Shown here: positions 36,053-48,867 of the stretch, piece after piece
How the letters are laid out: each line of letters begins with the position of its first letter
Position numbering within the stretch: the stretch's first letter is position 1
NCBI GenBank assembly: GCA_964396055.1
Contig: CAYNDV010000006.1
Coordinates: forward strand, 1,024 to 65,023
DNA length: 64,000 nucleotides
Reading direction: 5' to 3'
Source of the DNA: an uncultured Vicinamibacterales bacterium
GTDB taxonomy: Bacteria > Acidobacteriota > Vicinamibacteria > Vicinamibacterales > JAKQTR01
Made by a program: the position numbers and the translations under genes
Notes under the pieces: model-generated
Databases searched by the model: none
Seen by the model: only the letters and a program-made list of their open reading frames with translations
What the model was told of the DNA's origin: nothing

Positions 36053-36841
36053 TCATGCCGGCTTGACGCAGGCGAACACCGTGTACGCGTCCTCGCCCGC
36101 GTGGTACTGCCCCTCATGCAGCTCGAAACCGGCCTCGCGCAGCATACGCCGCCAGGTTCCGAGCGAAAAGAGGCCCATCGTCCAATGGTCGGTCTCGATC
36201 TGCAGGCGCCCGTGGTCCCGAATCAGATAGAGGACCGTCGTGTCGTACTGACTGTCCGCGGGGTCCGGATCGTACACATTCTCGACGAAGACGACATCGA
36301 GTCCGTCCCGCGGCCCCTTGCACGTACCGGGCGTGACGATGGTCCTGTTCTGCTGGAATGTCTCGACGGTCACGTCCGGTGTCACCACCAGGACCCCGCC
36401 AGGCTCGAGGTGGGCAGACGCTGTGCTGATCGCGGCGGCGACGTCCGCCAGGCTGGTCATGTACGAAATCGCATCGTCCATCAGGACGGCATCGAACGTC
36501 CGATCGAGCCGGAACGTCCGCATGTCACCGAGGACGAACGTGCTGTCGGGGTTCAGCAGCCTGGCCTGGGCGAGCATGGTGGGGCTCACATCCAACCCCG
36601 TCACGCTGAACGTGTCCCGCAAGGTGAGGACGTTCTTGCCTCCGCCGCAGCCGATGTCGAGCAGTGTGCGTGCCGGGCGCCGTGCGTGCCGTTCGATCAG
36701 GCCCGCGACATGACGGCAGTAATGCGCGTACTCATCGGCGGCATCGCCCCACATCGGCCACAGCCAGGCCAGGTCCGTATAGAGACGACAGGTGTCACCC
36801 ATCACGCACCTCGCGCCGTCGGCGGCAGTCTCGCAGGTCAC
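36053..36841 (-). CDS. class I SAM-dependent methyltransferase
   Basis: 262 aa; LLDIGCGGGKNV motif I, AVLMDDAISY, LEPGGVLVV; alternative start ATG 36802. Confidence 0.8.
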   Translation of the reverse strand: MTCETAADGARCVMGDTCRLYTDLAWLWPMWGDAADEYAHYCRHVAGLIERHARRPARTLLDIGCGGGKNVLTLRDTFSVTGLDVSPTMLAQARLLNPDSTFVLGDMRTFRLDRTFDAVLMDDAISYMTSLADVAAAISTASAHLEPGGVLVVTPDVTVETFQQNRTIVTPGTCKGPRDGLDVVFVENVYDPDPADSQYDTTVLYLIRDHGRLQIETDHWTMGLFSLGTWRRMLREAGFELHEGQYHAGEDAYTVFACVKPA

Positions 36842-36845
36842 CGGA

Positions 36846-37097
36846 TCAGCGGTGCGGACACCCTGGCCAGCAGCACGGCCTGCGCATCCCTCCGCTCATC
36901 TTGTCGAGGCCGACCTCGATGCGGCGTTTCCTGGTCTCCGCCTTCTTGGCCGACGTGACCCAGCAGATCCACTCGTTTCGCGCCAGCGGCGTGATCGCCG
37001 CCCAGAGACTCTTCACGGAGGCGCTGGACTCGATCGCCGTCCGGAAGTCCGACGGGAGCCTGTGGATCGTGCCGCCCGCGAGTGCTCTGCTCGTCAT
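36846..37097 (-). CDS. YdeI/OmpD-associated family protein
   Basis: 83 aa from ATG 37097; LWAAITPLARNEWICWVTSAKKAETRKRRIEVGLDKMSGGMRRPCCWPGCPHR matches the YdeI C-terminal domain. Confidence 0.75.
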   Translation of the reverse strand: MTSRALAGGTIHRLPSDFRTAIESSASVKSLWAAITPLARNEWICWVTSAKKAETRKRRIEVGLDKMSGGMRRPCCWPGCPHR

Positions 37098-37217
37098 ACC
37101 TCGCTCCGGATGGTACCACCTCCCGTCATCGCCCAGGCCATTCACGCGTTCGCCATGCACGACGGCCTGGCGTTCCGGTCCAGCGCGGCCACACCGCGAG
37201 CGGGCCGCAACCGGTTG

Positions 37218-37385
37218 TCAGCCGCGCGCGCGCCGGTAGTGCATGGCGACCGCGCCGCTGCGGAGTGGCTTCGCCGAGACCAGCTCGAGCCGTCGCGTGC
37301 CTGGCAGCCCGCTCTGGTACAGGGTCGGGCCGTGGCCGGCGATCCTGGGGTGGACGAGGAACTTGTACTCGTCGATGAGATCCAG
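37218..37385 (-). pseudogene. 3' remnant of a RibD_C/dihydrofolate-reductase-family gene
   Basis: Hand translation of the minus strand gives LDLIDEYKFLVHPRIAGHGPTLYQSGLPGTRRLELVSAKPLRSGAVAMHYRRARG-stop. It aligns position-for-position with the C-terminus of the intact paralog at 35419-35973 (GEIDEFELHVIPVFIGKGIPL...LRLRSSKRYADGVVRLRY). No start codon is present and the upstream space is occupied by the next gene. Confidence 0.55.
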
Positions 37386-37398
37386 TCCGCAGGGACAC

Positions 37399-38082
37399 TC
37401 AGGCGAACGGCATCGTGCGCAGCGCGCCGCCCGCGCGCAGGACGCGGTGACGGTCGGCCCAGTGCGCCCACACGGGAATCAGCCAGGTCAGTAGTCCAAC
37501 CACGCCGATGGCCGACGCATTCGGCGGTGGCGGCGAGAAGGGCCCGGAAGCCCAGATCACGACCAGCAACGCCACGAGCCACCAGAACGCAACCGTACCC
37601 GTGCGGTCGGCCGGGGCCGAGGTGCGCGTGTAGATCACGAGTGCCGCCGCGAACAGCCCGCCTTCCACGATGAGAGTGGCGGGCACCGACTGCCACAGGC
37701 TCAGCCCCGCCATGGTCGCAGAGCCCGGATACAGCGGCAGGTCCGGACGATGGGTGAGGAAGTCGAGCAGCCAGTGGCTGACGACGAGGCCCGAGAGCAC
37801 CAGGAACTCGCCACGTGAGCGAGGCGGTCGCATGACAACCAGGGCGAAGAGCACGGCCCAGACGAACACTGCCAGCAGGCTGTGGGTCCACGGGTAGTGG
37901 ACAAACGCCAGCGGCGTGAACGCCGTGTTGCCGGGCTCGACGACGACCGTCTCGATCCCCAGCAGGAGCAGGACCGGCCAGACGAGATCGATCAGGTACG
38001 CGGCGGCAAACAGCACCCCCAGGGACCGCCCCGGGACCTTCGGCCGGACCGCGAGGGCGACGGCAGCATGACCGATGAACAT
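37399..38082 (-). CDS. membrane-bound metal-dependent hydrolase (DUF457/YdjM-like)
   Basis: 227 aa; MFIGHAAVALA N-terminus, HYPWTHSLL and SHWLLDFLTH His-rich motifs in a polytopic protein. Confidence 0.7.
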   Translation of the reverse strand: MFIGHAAVALAVRPKVPGRSLGVLFAAAYLIDLVWPVLLLLGIETVVVEPGNTAFTPLAFVHYPWTHSLLAVFVWAVLFALVVMRPPRSRGEFLVLSGLVVSHWLLDFLTHRPDLPLYPGSATMAGLSLWQSVPATLIVEGGLFAAALVIYTRTSAPADRTGTVAFWWLVALLVVIWASGPFSPPPPNASAIGVVGLLTWLIPVWAHWADRHRVLRAGGALRTMPFA

Positions 38083-38133
38083 GGGCCCATCTTACCGCGC
38101 GACGGAAGCCCCGTACGCACGTCGGGGGTGGGC

Positions 38134-38158
38134 GCGAGGCCCACCCCCGATCGGTGTC
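38134..38158. repeat. 10-bp perfect GC hairpin downstream of ppdK
   Basis: GGGGGTGGGC-GCGAG-GCCCACCCCC; followed at 38162-38179 by REP-like GCCGGGC-TGAA-GCCCGGC. Confidence 0.6.
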
Positions 38159-38195
38159 CAGGCCGGGCTGAAGCCCGGCACTACATCGGTTCAGC

Positions 38196-38279
38196 GTCTC
38201 AGGCCCAACAGCCTAACGGCCCAAAGCCCAACGGCCCGTCTCAGGCCCAACGGCCTAACGGCCGAGAGCCTAACGGCCC
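38196..38279. repeat. 2 x 42-nt tandem duplication built from heptamers, ending at the ppdK stop codon
   Basis: GTCTCAGGCCCAACAGCCTAACGGCCCAAAGCCCAACGGCCC then GTCTCAGGCCCAACGGCCTAACGGCCGAGAGCCTAACGGCCC; 42 = 6 x 7. Confidence 0.85.
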
Positions 38280-38280
38280 G

Positions 38281-41106
<2,826 letters not shown>

Positions 41107-41110
41107 CGCT

Positions 41111-43330
41111 CTATGACTCCGTGTGTGGATTAATCTCCGAAATGTCGGCCAGTTCCAGAAGCAGTTCGTGGAGCCGTCGGAGAAGGGTGAGTCGCTGGGT
41201 CTTCAGGGCCTCGTCATCGACCATCACGAAGATGTCGGTGAAGAACCGGTCCACCGCCGGGCGCAGGCCCGACGCAGTCCGAAACGCCTGATCATACTGC
41301 CTCGCGGCCACGGCCGCACGCATCGCCGTGGCCCGGCTCTCGTATTCCGCCAGCAGGGCCCGCTCGGCCGGCTCGGTCAGCCGGTCGAACGACGTGGCCG
41401 GGGCCGTCTTGAGGTCCCGCGAGAGGTTCTTGACGCGCTTGAAGGCCACGGCCAGGGCCTCGAAGTCGGCCGATCCGCGCACCGCCCTCAGCGCCTCCAG
41501 CCGGCGCCGCACGTCCAGCGGATCGGGCACGGCCGTGAGCCCCGCCAAAACGGCGTTCAGCTCGTCGTACGCGAACCCCCGCTGCTCGAGCACGTAGCGC
41601 AGCCGGTCGATCAGGAACGTGGTGGCCGCCGCCCGCCAGGCCTCCGGCTCGGCCCCGCCGTTCTCGACCTCCCCGACCGCCGCCCGGGCCCGCTCCAGCA
41701 TGGCGGCCAGGGGCACCGTCACCTCGAGTTCCGTCAACTCCGGCAGGTCGATGAGGGTCCGCATCAGCCCGTGGGCCTGGCGCCGCATGCCGTACGGATC
41801 GCGCGTCCCGGTCGGCCGCTCGCCCGCCGCGAACAGGCCCGCCAGCGTGTCGAGCTTGTCGGCCGCCGACACGGCCGCCCACGTCACCGCCGCCCCCTTG
41901 AGGTCGGCCTTCGACGGCGCGGCGTCGGCCTCCACGGTCACGGGCAGGTAGTGGTAGTAGATGGCGCGCCAGACGGGCTCGGGCATCCCGTCCTCGCGGG
42001 CGTAGATGCCGCCCATGGTGCCCTGCAGCTCGGTGAATTCGCGCACCAGGTCCGTCGCCAGGTCGGCCTTGGCCAGCCGCGCCGCCTGCTGCGCGTGTGC
42101 CACGGCGTCGGGCGCCCCGAACACCTCGCCGGCGATCCAGCCCGCCAGCGCCTCGATCCGCTGCGCCTTGGCCCGGTAGCTGCCCAGTCGCTTGTGGAAC
42201 AGCACCGTATCCAGGCGGTCCATGCGCGCCTCGAGGCCCACGCGCCGGTCGGCATCCCAGAAGAACCGCGCGTCGCGCAGCCGCGCCACGAGCACGCGCT
42301 CGAGGTTGCGCGCGATGGTGCGGGCGTTGTCGGGCTGCATGTTGACGACGGCCAGAAACGCGGGCAGCAGCTTGCCGGCCTCGCTCACCACCGGGAAGAA
42401 GTGCTGGTGATGGATCATCGTCGTCGTCAGCACCTCGTCCGGGAGTTCCAGGAACTCGGGCGCGAAGGTGCCGGCCACGACCGACGGGTACTCCACCAGA
42501 TCGGGCACTTCCTGCAGCAGGCCCGACTGCACGGCGGCGCTGCTGCCCACGCGGCCGCCGAGGCGCCGCGCGTGGGCGTCGAGTTCGCGGGCGATCTTGG
42601 CGTGACGCTCCTCGCGCTCCAGGATGACGAAGTTCTCGACCAGCTTCGCGCGGTACTCGTCGAACGACCGCACCTTGATGGCGCGGCCGGCGCGGCCGCT
42701 CGTGGCCAGGAACCGGTGGCCGTAGGTCATGGCGGCGGATCGGATGTCCTGCACCAGGCCGCTCTGCGCCGCCTCCATGCGGCCGATGACGAAGGGCACG
42801 ACGCGGCCGCCGTAGAGGTAGAGAATCCAGCGGATGGGCCGGCCGAACAGCAGCTCGCCCCGCCCGTCGTCCAGCATGGCGTCCCAGTGCATCTGCTTCG
42901 GGAACGTCATGTCGCGCAGCAGGCCGCCCAGCACCTCGGGCAGCACATCGACGGCGGTCTTGCCGCGCACCTTCTTGCGGAAGGCCAGGTAGACGCCCTT
43001 CGGCGTCTCGACGCGTTCGAGGTCCGCCACCTCCACGCCGTTCTTGCGGGCAAAGCCCGCGGCGGCCGGCGTCGGCTCGCCGTCCTTGAAGGACGCGGAC
43101 ACGGGCGGGCCCATCAGCACCTCCTCGAGGTCCGTCTGGCGCTCGGCCAGGCGCGCCACGCGGGCCGTCAGGCGGCGTGGCGTGCTGTAGGTCTCGACGG
43201 GGGCCTCGGCCGGCATGCGCAACGCGGTGAGCCGCGCCGCCAGGTGGGTGCCCAGCTGCTCGGTGAGCGACGGCAGCCAGCTGGCCGGAATCTCCTCGCA
43301 GCCCAGTTCGATGAGCAGTTCGCGGTCCAT
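41111..43330 (-). CDS. glyS: glycine--tRNA ligase beta subunit
   Basis: 739 aa; MDRELLIELGCEEIPASWL N-terminus and overall length typical of GlyS; directly follows glyQ. Confidence 0.93.
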   Translation of the reverse strand: MDRELLIELGCEEIPASWLPSLTEQLGTHLAARLTALRMPAEAPVETYSTPRRLTARVARLAERQTDLEEVLMGPPVSASFKDGEPTPAAAGFARKNGVEVADLERVETPKGVYLAFRKKVRGKTAVDVLPEVLGGLLRDMTFPKQMHWDAMLDDGRGELLFGRPIRWILYLYGGRVVPFVIGRMEAAQSGLVQDIRSAAMTYGHRFLATSGRAGRAIKVRSFDEYRAKLVENFVILEREERHAKIARELDAHARRLGGRVGSSAAVQSGLLQEVPDLVEYPSVVAGTFAPEFLELPDEVLTTTMIHHQHFFPVVSEAGKLLPAFLAVVNMQPDNARTIARNLERVLVARLRDARFFWDADRRVGLEARMDRLDTVLFHKRLGSYRAKAQRIEALAGWIAGEVFGAPDAVAHAQQAARLAKADLATDLVREFTELQGTMGGIYAREDGMPEPVWRAIYYHYLPVTVEADAAPSKADLKGAAVTWAAVSAADKLDTLAGLFAAGERPTGTRDPYGMRRQAHGLMRTLIDLPELTELEVTVPLAAMLERARAAVGEVENGGAEPEAWRAAATTFLIDRLRYVLEQRGFAYDELNAVLAGLTAVPDPLDVRRRLEALRAVRGSADFEALAVAFKRVKNLSRDLKTAPATSFDRLTEPAERALLAEYESRATAMRAAVAARQYDQAFRTASGLRPAVDRFFTDIFVMVDDEALKTQRLTLLRRLHELLLELADISEINPHTES

Positions 43331-43334
43331 CGCC

Positions 43335-44228
<894 letters not shown>

Positions 44229-44248
44229 AGTGGCTGCCGTCCCTGGTG

Positions 44249-45013
44249 TCAGGCGCGTCCGCGCATGTCGCGGAGCACGCGGGTGGACTTCAACTCCTTC
44301 TCGAGGTGCATCTCCATCAGGGCCCGGTGGGCCGCTTCCAGTTCACGCACCGCGCGCTCGCCGATGGGTGCGCGGTCCAGGCGCGAGGGCGCCAGGCCGC
44401 CCAGCGCGCGCAGGAACCGCAGCGCCTCCGGCGACAACGACAGGGCCCGCGATCCCGCCCGGGCGCAAGTGGCGCACCGGTAGTCCCCGTCGCCCGGCAG
44501 CAGCGTCGCCCCGGGCCGCGCCTCCGTCGTCAGGGCGCCGCCGCAACAGCCGCACGCGCTCAGCGACGGATACACGCCCTGCAGCCGCAGCAGCCAGTAC
44601 TCGAAGTACCGCGCCAGCGGCTCGATCTCGGCCCCGGCCGCCAGGGCATCCACCACGGACGCGCCCAGGCGGAACAACGTCTCGCTCGGGTCGCTCTCCT
44701 GGGCCCACTCGTCCATCAACTCGGCGAAGTAGCCGGTGTGCCCGAGGGCGTCCGCGCGGCCGGCCCAGAGCGGCGAACTGATCGGCTCGGCGTAGTTGAG
44801 CGACACCAGCTCGCGCCCTTCCCGCTCGTAGTACGTCACGCCCACCCGCGTCAGGGGTTCCAGGGCCGCGCCGAAACTCGACCGCATGCGGCGTGCACCT
44901 TTCGCCACGCCGCGTTTCTTGCCGCGGTCACGGGTCAGGAAGACGACAATCCGGTCGGCCTCCCCGAGCTTGTAGGTGCGTAACACCAGCGCTTCGGTCG
45001 TAATGAGCGGCAT
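44249..45013 (-). CDS. recO: DNA repair protein RecO
   Basis: 254 aa; N-terminal OB fold ([27 protein letters not shown]) and CxxC...CxxC zinc motif (CGCCGG...YRCATC). Confidence 0.9.
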   Translation of the reverse strand: MPLITTEALVLRTYKLGEADRIVVFLTRDRGKKRGVAKGARRMRSSFGAALEPLTRVGVTYYEREGRELVSLNYAEPISSPLWAGRADALGHTGYFAELMDEWAQESDPSETLFRLGASVVDALAAGAEIEPLARYFEYWLLRLQGVYPSLSACGCCGGALTTEARPGATLLPGDGDYRCATCARAGSRALSLSPEALRFLRALGGLAPSRLDRAPIGERAVRELEAAHRALMEMHLEKELKSTRVLRDMRGRA

Positions 45014-45065
45014 GCTCTGGCGGGCCCGGCGTGCGGCGCCTCCCCATTCTATCCTGCTTCCCGCG

Positions 45066-45956
45066 TCAGTCGTCCTCCCGCACCCCCAGCTGGTCCAGGA
45101 TCCGGGGATCCTCGCGCCACCCGGCCTTGAGCTTCACCCGGAGGTCGAGAAAGACCTTCGTCTCGAAGAAGCCCTCGAGTTCCTTCCGGGCCTCGGTGCC
45201 GATCTGCTTGATCATCGATCCGCCGCGGCCGATGACGATGGCCTTCTGCGAATCGCGCTCGACGAAAATCGTGCAGTACAGCCGCATGAGGCCGCGATCG
45301 TCGGGCTCCTCGAACTGGTCCACCGCCACCGCGGTCGAAAACGGCAGCTCGTCGCGCGTGTGGTGCAGCAGTTTCTCGCGCACCACCTCGGCCACGAACG
45401 CGCGCTCGGACTGGTCCGTGAGGTAGTCCTCCGGGTAGAGCGGCTCGCCCTCGGGCAGTCGGCTCCGCAGTTCGGCCTCGAGCTGGTCCACCCCGTCGCC
45501 CGTCAGGGCCGAGATCGGCACGATGGCCGCAAACGGCGCCAGGCGGCTCCACTGCTCGATGAGCGGCAGCAGCTTCGGCTTCTCGACCAGGTCGATCTTG
45601 TTCAGCGCCAGCACGACGGGCGCCTTCGCCCGGGTGAGCATCTTGCCGAGGTACGAATCGCCACGCCCCACGTCCTCGGTGGCGTCCGCCACCGCGCACA
45701 CGACGTCCGACTGCGTCATGCTCTGCACCGCCACGTCCACCATGCGGACGTTCATGCGGTGCAGCGGGCGGTGCACGCCCGGCGTGTCCACGAAGATGAC
45801 CTGGCCCTCGGCCGTCGTCTTCACGCCGACGATGCGGTTGCGCGTCGTCTGGGGCTTGTCGGACACGATCGCGACCTTCGAGCCGACCAGGCGGTTGATC
45901 AGGGTGGACTTGCCGGCATTGGGCCGGCCCACGAGCGCCACGAAGCCACAGGTCAT
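45066..45956 (-). CDS. era: GTPase Era
   Basis: 296 aa from ATG 45956; GRPNAGKSTL G1, DTPG G3, NKID G4, C-terminal KH domain (IVIGRGGSMIKQIG). Confidence 0.95.
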   Translation of the reverse strand: MTCGFVALVGRPNAGKSTLINRLVGSKVAIVSDKPQTTRNRIVGVKTTAEGQVIFVDTPGVHRPLHRMNVRMVDVAVQSMTQSDVVCAVADATEDVGRGDSYLGKMLTRAKAPVVLALNKIDLVEKPKLLPLIEQWSRLAPFAAIVPISALTGDGVDQLEAELRSRLPEGEPLYPEDYLTDQSERAFVAEVVREKLLHHTRDELPFSTAVAVDQFEEPDDRGLMRLYCTIFVERDSQKAIVIGRGGSMIKQIGTEARKELEGFFETKVFLDLRVKLKAGWREDPRILDQLGVREDD

Positions 45957-47233
45957 CAGGCGCGATCCCCGGCGGCGTCGGCGTCGGCGCCGGTGGAGGC
46001 GGGCGCCAGCAGCCGCACGCGCAGGCGGTGCACGCGGCGCCGCTCGGCGTCCACCACCTCCACGCGCAGACCGTCCACGTCGAACTGCTCGCCCGTGGTC
46101 GGCACGCGGCCCACGCGGGCCAGGATGTAGCCGCCGAAGGTCTCGAACCCCTCCGGCTCGATCTCCAGGCCCAGGCGCTCGGCCACGGTGTGGACGTCCG
46201 CCTTGCCGGTGACGAGGAAGCTGCCGCCGGGCTCCTCGACGACGGGTTCCACCTCCACGTCGTACTCGTCCCGGATCTCCCCGACGATTTCCTCGAGGAG
46301 GTCCTCCAGCGTCACCAGGCCGGCGGTGCCGCCGTATTCGTCCACCACGATCGCGATCTGGTACTGCTGCCGCTGGAACTCGCGCAGGAGGTCCGACACC
46401 TTCTTCGTCTCCGGCACGACGTGGGCCGGGCGGATGAGCGGCGGGTGGACGTCCGCGATCGGCATCCCCGTCGGCGCGGCGGCCGGCAACCGCATCAGAT
46501 CCTTGATGAAGACGAATCCCACCACGTTGTCCAGCGAATCGGTGTAGACCGGGATGCGGGAGTACTCCTGCTCCCGGAAGAACGCCCGGAGGTCGGCCAG
46601 CGTGGCCGTGGAGTTGATGGCCACGATGTCGGGCCGCGGCGTCATCACCTCGCGTACGAACGTGTCGCTGAACTCCACCACCGACTGCAGCAGGCGCCGC
46701 TCGTCGCCCTCGATCAGGCCCTCCTGCTGGCCCGCGTCCAGGTAGGCCGACGTGGCTTCCTGCTGTTCGGCCTCGGTGCTCTCGTCTTCCGGCGGCGACG
46801 GGCGCTCGGCGCGCCGGCCGAAGACCGCCTGCGCGGGCCAGGCGGCCGCCCGGACAACGAGGTCGAACGACGGCAGCAGCGCGTCGAGCACACGCTCGGG
46901 ATCCGTCCGGACGAACAGCAGCGGGAGCAGGTGCTCGAACACGACCAGCACCCCGAGGTTCGCCACCACGATCATCGCCACGCCCTGCGCGGTGGCCACG
47001 CCGAACTCGGCCACCAGGCAGAGCGTCAGCAGGATGTGCACCAGGCCCAGGGCCCCGCGGATCGGCAGGAACAGCTGGACCGGGTCGTCCAGGTACACGC
47101 CCAGCCGCGCCGACCGGCCCGTCCGTTCGGCCACCAGGCGCAGCGAGAGCCGCATCAGGGACGCGAATGCCACGCCCAGCGTGCCGAGGTAGGTGGCCAG
47201 CACCACGAGCGCGACGAGGCACAGCGCGATCAT
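45956..47233 (-). CDS. CNNM/CorC-HlyC family transporter-associated protein (DUF21-CBS pair-CorC_HlyC)
   Basis: 425 aa; N-terminal TM DUF21 region, tandem CBS (VREVMTPRPDIV...RIPVY), C-terminal FETFGGYILARVGRVP. Confidence 0.88.
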   Translation of the reverse strand: MIALCLVALVVLATYLGTLGVAFASLMRLSLRLVAERTGRSARLGVYLDDPVQLFLPIRGALGLVHILLTLCLVAEFGVATAQGVAMIVVANLGVLVVFEHLLPLLFVRTDPERVLDALLPSFDLVVRAAAWPAQAVFGRRAERPSPPEDESTEAEQQEATSAYLDAGQQEGLIEGDERRLLQSVVEFSDTFVREVMTPRPDIVAINSTATLADLRAFFREQEYSRIPVYTDSLDNVVGFVFIKDLMRLPAAAPTGMPIADVHPPLIRPAHVVPETKKVSDLLREFQRQQYQIAIVVDEYGGTAGLVTLEDLLEEIVGEIRDEYDVEVEPVVEEPGGSFLVTGKADVHTVAERLGLEIEPEGFETFGGYILARVGRVPTTGEQFDVDGLRVEVVDAERRRVHRLRVRLLAPASTGADADAAGDRA

Positions 47234-47709
47234 CGTCCCGTCGTCCGCGCGCGGGCGATGAGCCCTTCGCGCAGGCCTCCCCTGCGGCGCAGCCGTGTTT
47301 CGAGGCGGGCCATCCGGCCCTTGTCCGTCTCGTGGTCGTATCCCATGAGGTGCAGCAGCCCGTGCAGAGCCAGGACGCGGGCCTCGGTGCCGAACGAGTG
47401 GCCCGCCGCCTTCGCCTGGCGTGCGGCCACGCCGACGGCGATGACGATGTCGCCCAGGGCGCCGAACAGGGGCCGGTGCGAAGGATGGGCCGGGAACGAC
47501 AGGACGTCCGTGGCCGTGTCTTCACCCCGGTACGCGCGATTCAGCGTCCGGATGCGGGTGTCCGTCACGAAGACGACGCTGACCTCGCCGCGGGCGCGGG
47601 CCGGGGCCACGCGCAGCAGCCACGACGCCAGGCCGGGGGCGGCGATACGGCCCGCGGTGGTGTTCGTCACCGCGATCCGCAACGGGCAGGAACGACTGTG
47701 CGTCTCCAT
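47230..47709 (-). CDS. ybeY: rRNA maturation RNase YbeY
   Basis: 159 aa; HGLLHLMGYDHETD zinc-binding HxxxHxxxxxH motif; ATGA overlap with downstream gene. Confidence 0.93.
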   Translation of the reverse strand: METHSRSCPLRIAVTNTTAGRIAAPGLASWLLRVAPARARGEVSVVFVTDTRIRTLNRAYRGEDTATDVLSFPAHPSHRPLFGALGDIVIAVGVAARQAKAAGHSFGTEARVLALHGLLHLMGYDHETDKGRMARLETRLRRRGGLREGLIARARTTGR

Positions 47710-47712
47710 GGC

Positions 47713-48747
47713 TTACGTACTCCGGGGCCCGGCCGCGTCCGCCGCGGCGTTCCCGTTGCCGTAGGCCTCGTAGGCCTTGACGATGAGCTGGACGATCCGA
47801 TGGCGCACCACGTCCCGATCGTCGAAGTAGATGAACGAGATCCCCTCCACCCGGCCCACCACCTTCGCCGCTTCGATGAGGCCCGAGCCCTTGCCCGACG
47901 GCAGGTCGATCTGCGTGATGTCGCCGGTGATCACGGCCTTGGAGCCGAAGCCCAGGCGCGTGAGGAACATCTTCATCTGCTCGCTGGTGGTGTTCTGCGC
48001 CTCGTCCAGGATGACGAAGGCGTCGTTCAGCGTGCGGCCGCGCATGAAGGCCAGCGGCGCGATCTCGATCGTGCCGCGTTCGATGAGTCGGGCGGCCCGC
48101 TCGCCGTCCATCATGTCGTAGAGCGCATCGTAGAGGGGCCGCAGGTAGGGATTCACCTTCTCCTGCAGGTCGCCGGGCAGGAATCCCAGGCGCTCGCCCG
48201 CCTCGACGGCCGGCCGCGCCAGGACGATGCGGTTCACCTTCTTGGCCAGCAGGTACGACACCGCCTGGGCCATGGCGAGGTAGGTCTTGCCCGTGCCCGC
48301 CGGGCCGATGCCGAACACGATGTCGTGGCGGTCGATGGCCTCGAGATACCGCCGCTGGTTCAGGCTCTTGGCCGCCACGTGGCGGCGCCCGGCCGAACGG
48401 ACCGCCGGCTTGAGGAAGTAGTCGCGCAGGTCGGCCCCGGGGTCCTGCGTGAGCAGATCGGTGGCCGTCTTGACGTCGCCGTTGGCCAGGCGGTAGCCGT
48501 CCCGCTGCACCGCGATCAGGCGATCGACGATGCGCCCGACCCGGTCCACGGCGGACGCGGCGCCCTCCACCCGCAGTTCGTGCCCCTGCGTGGTGAGCCT
48601 GGCCCCGGTCTCGGCTTCGAGGTAGCGGAGGTTCTCGTCGAACGGCCCGAACAGCGCCTCGACGCCCTCGTCGGGGACCGCGATGGTGCGAGTGACCTGG
48701 GACGTAACAGCTATCTCCTTGCGTAGCAGCAACTTAACAGCCTGCAA
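47713..48747 (-). CDS. phoH: PhoH family ATPase
   Basis: [11 protein letters not shown] Walker A, ILDEAQN Walker [12 protein letters not shown]; the listed start is TTG 48747 and the true start may be an in-frame GTG downstream. Confidence 0.9.
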   Translation of the reverse strand: MQAVKLLLRKEIAVTSQVTRTIAVPDEGVEALFGPFDENLRYLEAETGARLTTQGHELRVEGAASAVDRVGRIVDRLIAVQRDGYRLANGDVKTATDLLTQDPGADLRDYFLKPAVRSAGRRHVAAKSLNQRRYLEAIDRHDIVFGIGPAGTGKTYLAMAQAVSYLLAKKVNRIVLARPAVEAGERLGFLPGDLQEKVNPYLRPLYDALYDMMDGERAARLIERGTIEIAPLAFMRGRTLNDAFVILDEAQNTTSEQMKMFLTRLGFGSKAVITGDITQIDLPSGKGSGLIEAAKVVGRVEGISFIYFDDRDVVRHRIVQLIVKAYEAYGNGNAAADAAGPRST

Positions 48748-48787
48748 TCGTACTATTCCGGCCGCCGCTGGTCAACAGCGGAGCGTT

Positions 48788-48807
48788 GGCGGGGCTGAAT
48801 CCCCGCC
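48788..48807. repeat. REP-like hairpin GGCGGGG-CTGAAT-CCCCGCC
   Basis: 7-bp GC stem with a CTGAAT loop in the phoH / aspS spacer. Confidence 0.6.
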
Positions 48808-48813
48808 CTGCAC

Positions 48814-48844
48814 GTCCTTCGTGGCGTCCGGCTTCAGCCGGACG
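48814..48844. repeat. REP-like element, 31-nt copy 1 (GTCCTTCGTGGCGTCCGGCTTCAGCCGGACG)
   Basis: Identical 31-mer at 53092-53122; contains hairpin GCGTCCGGC-TTCA-GCCGGACGC. Confidence 0.9.
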
Positions 48845-48867
48845 CCCGGCAGGGCAGAAACCGTGCC

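Noticed and set aside
37142-37891. 249-aa minus-strand ORF
   Set aside because: It overlaps the DUF457 hydrolase in a different frame and has Arg/Ala/Gly-rich composition. The only real signal in the 37098-37398 gap is the RibD_C remnant in the third frame.
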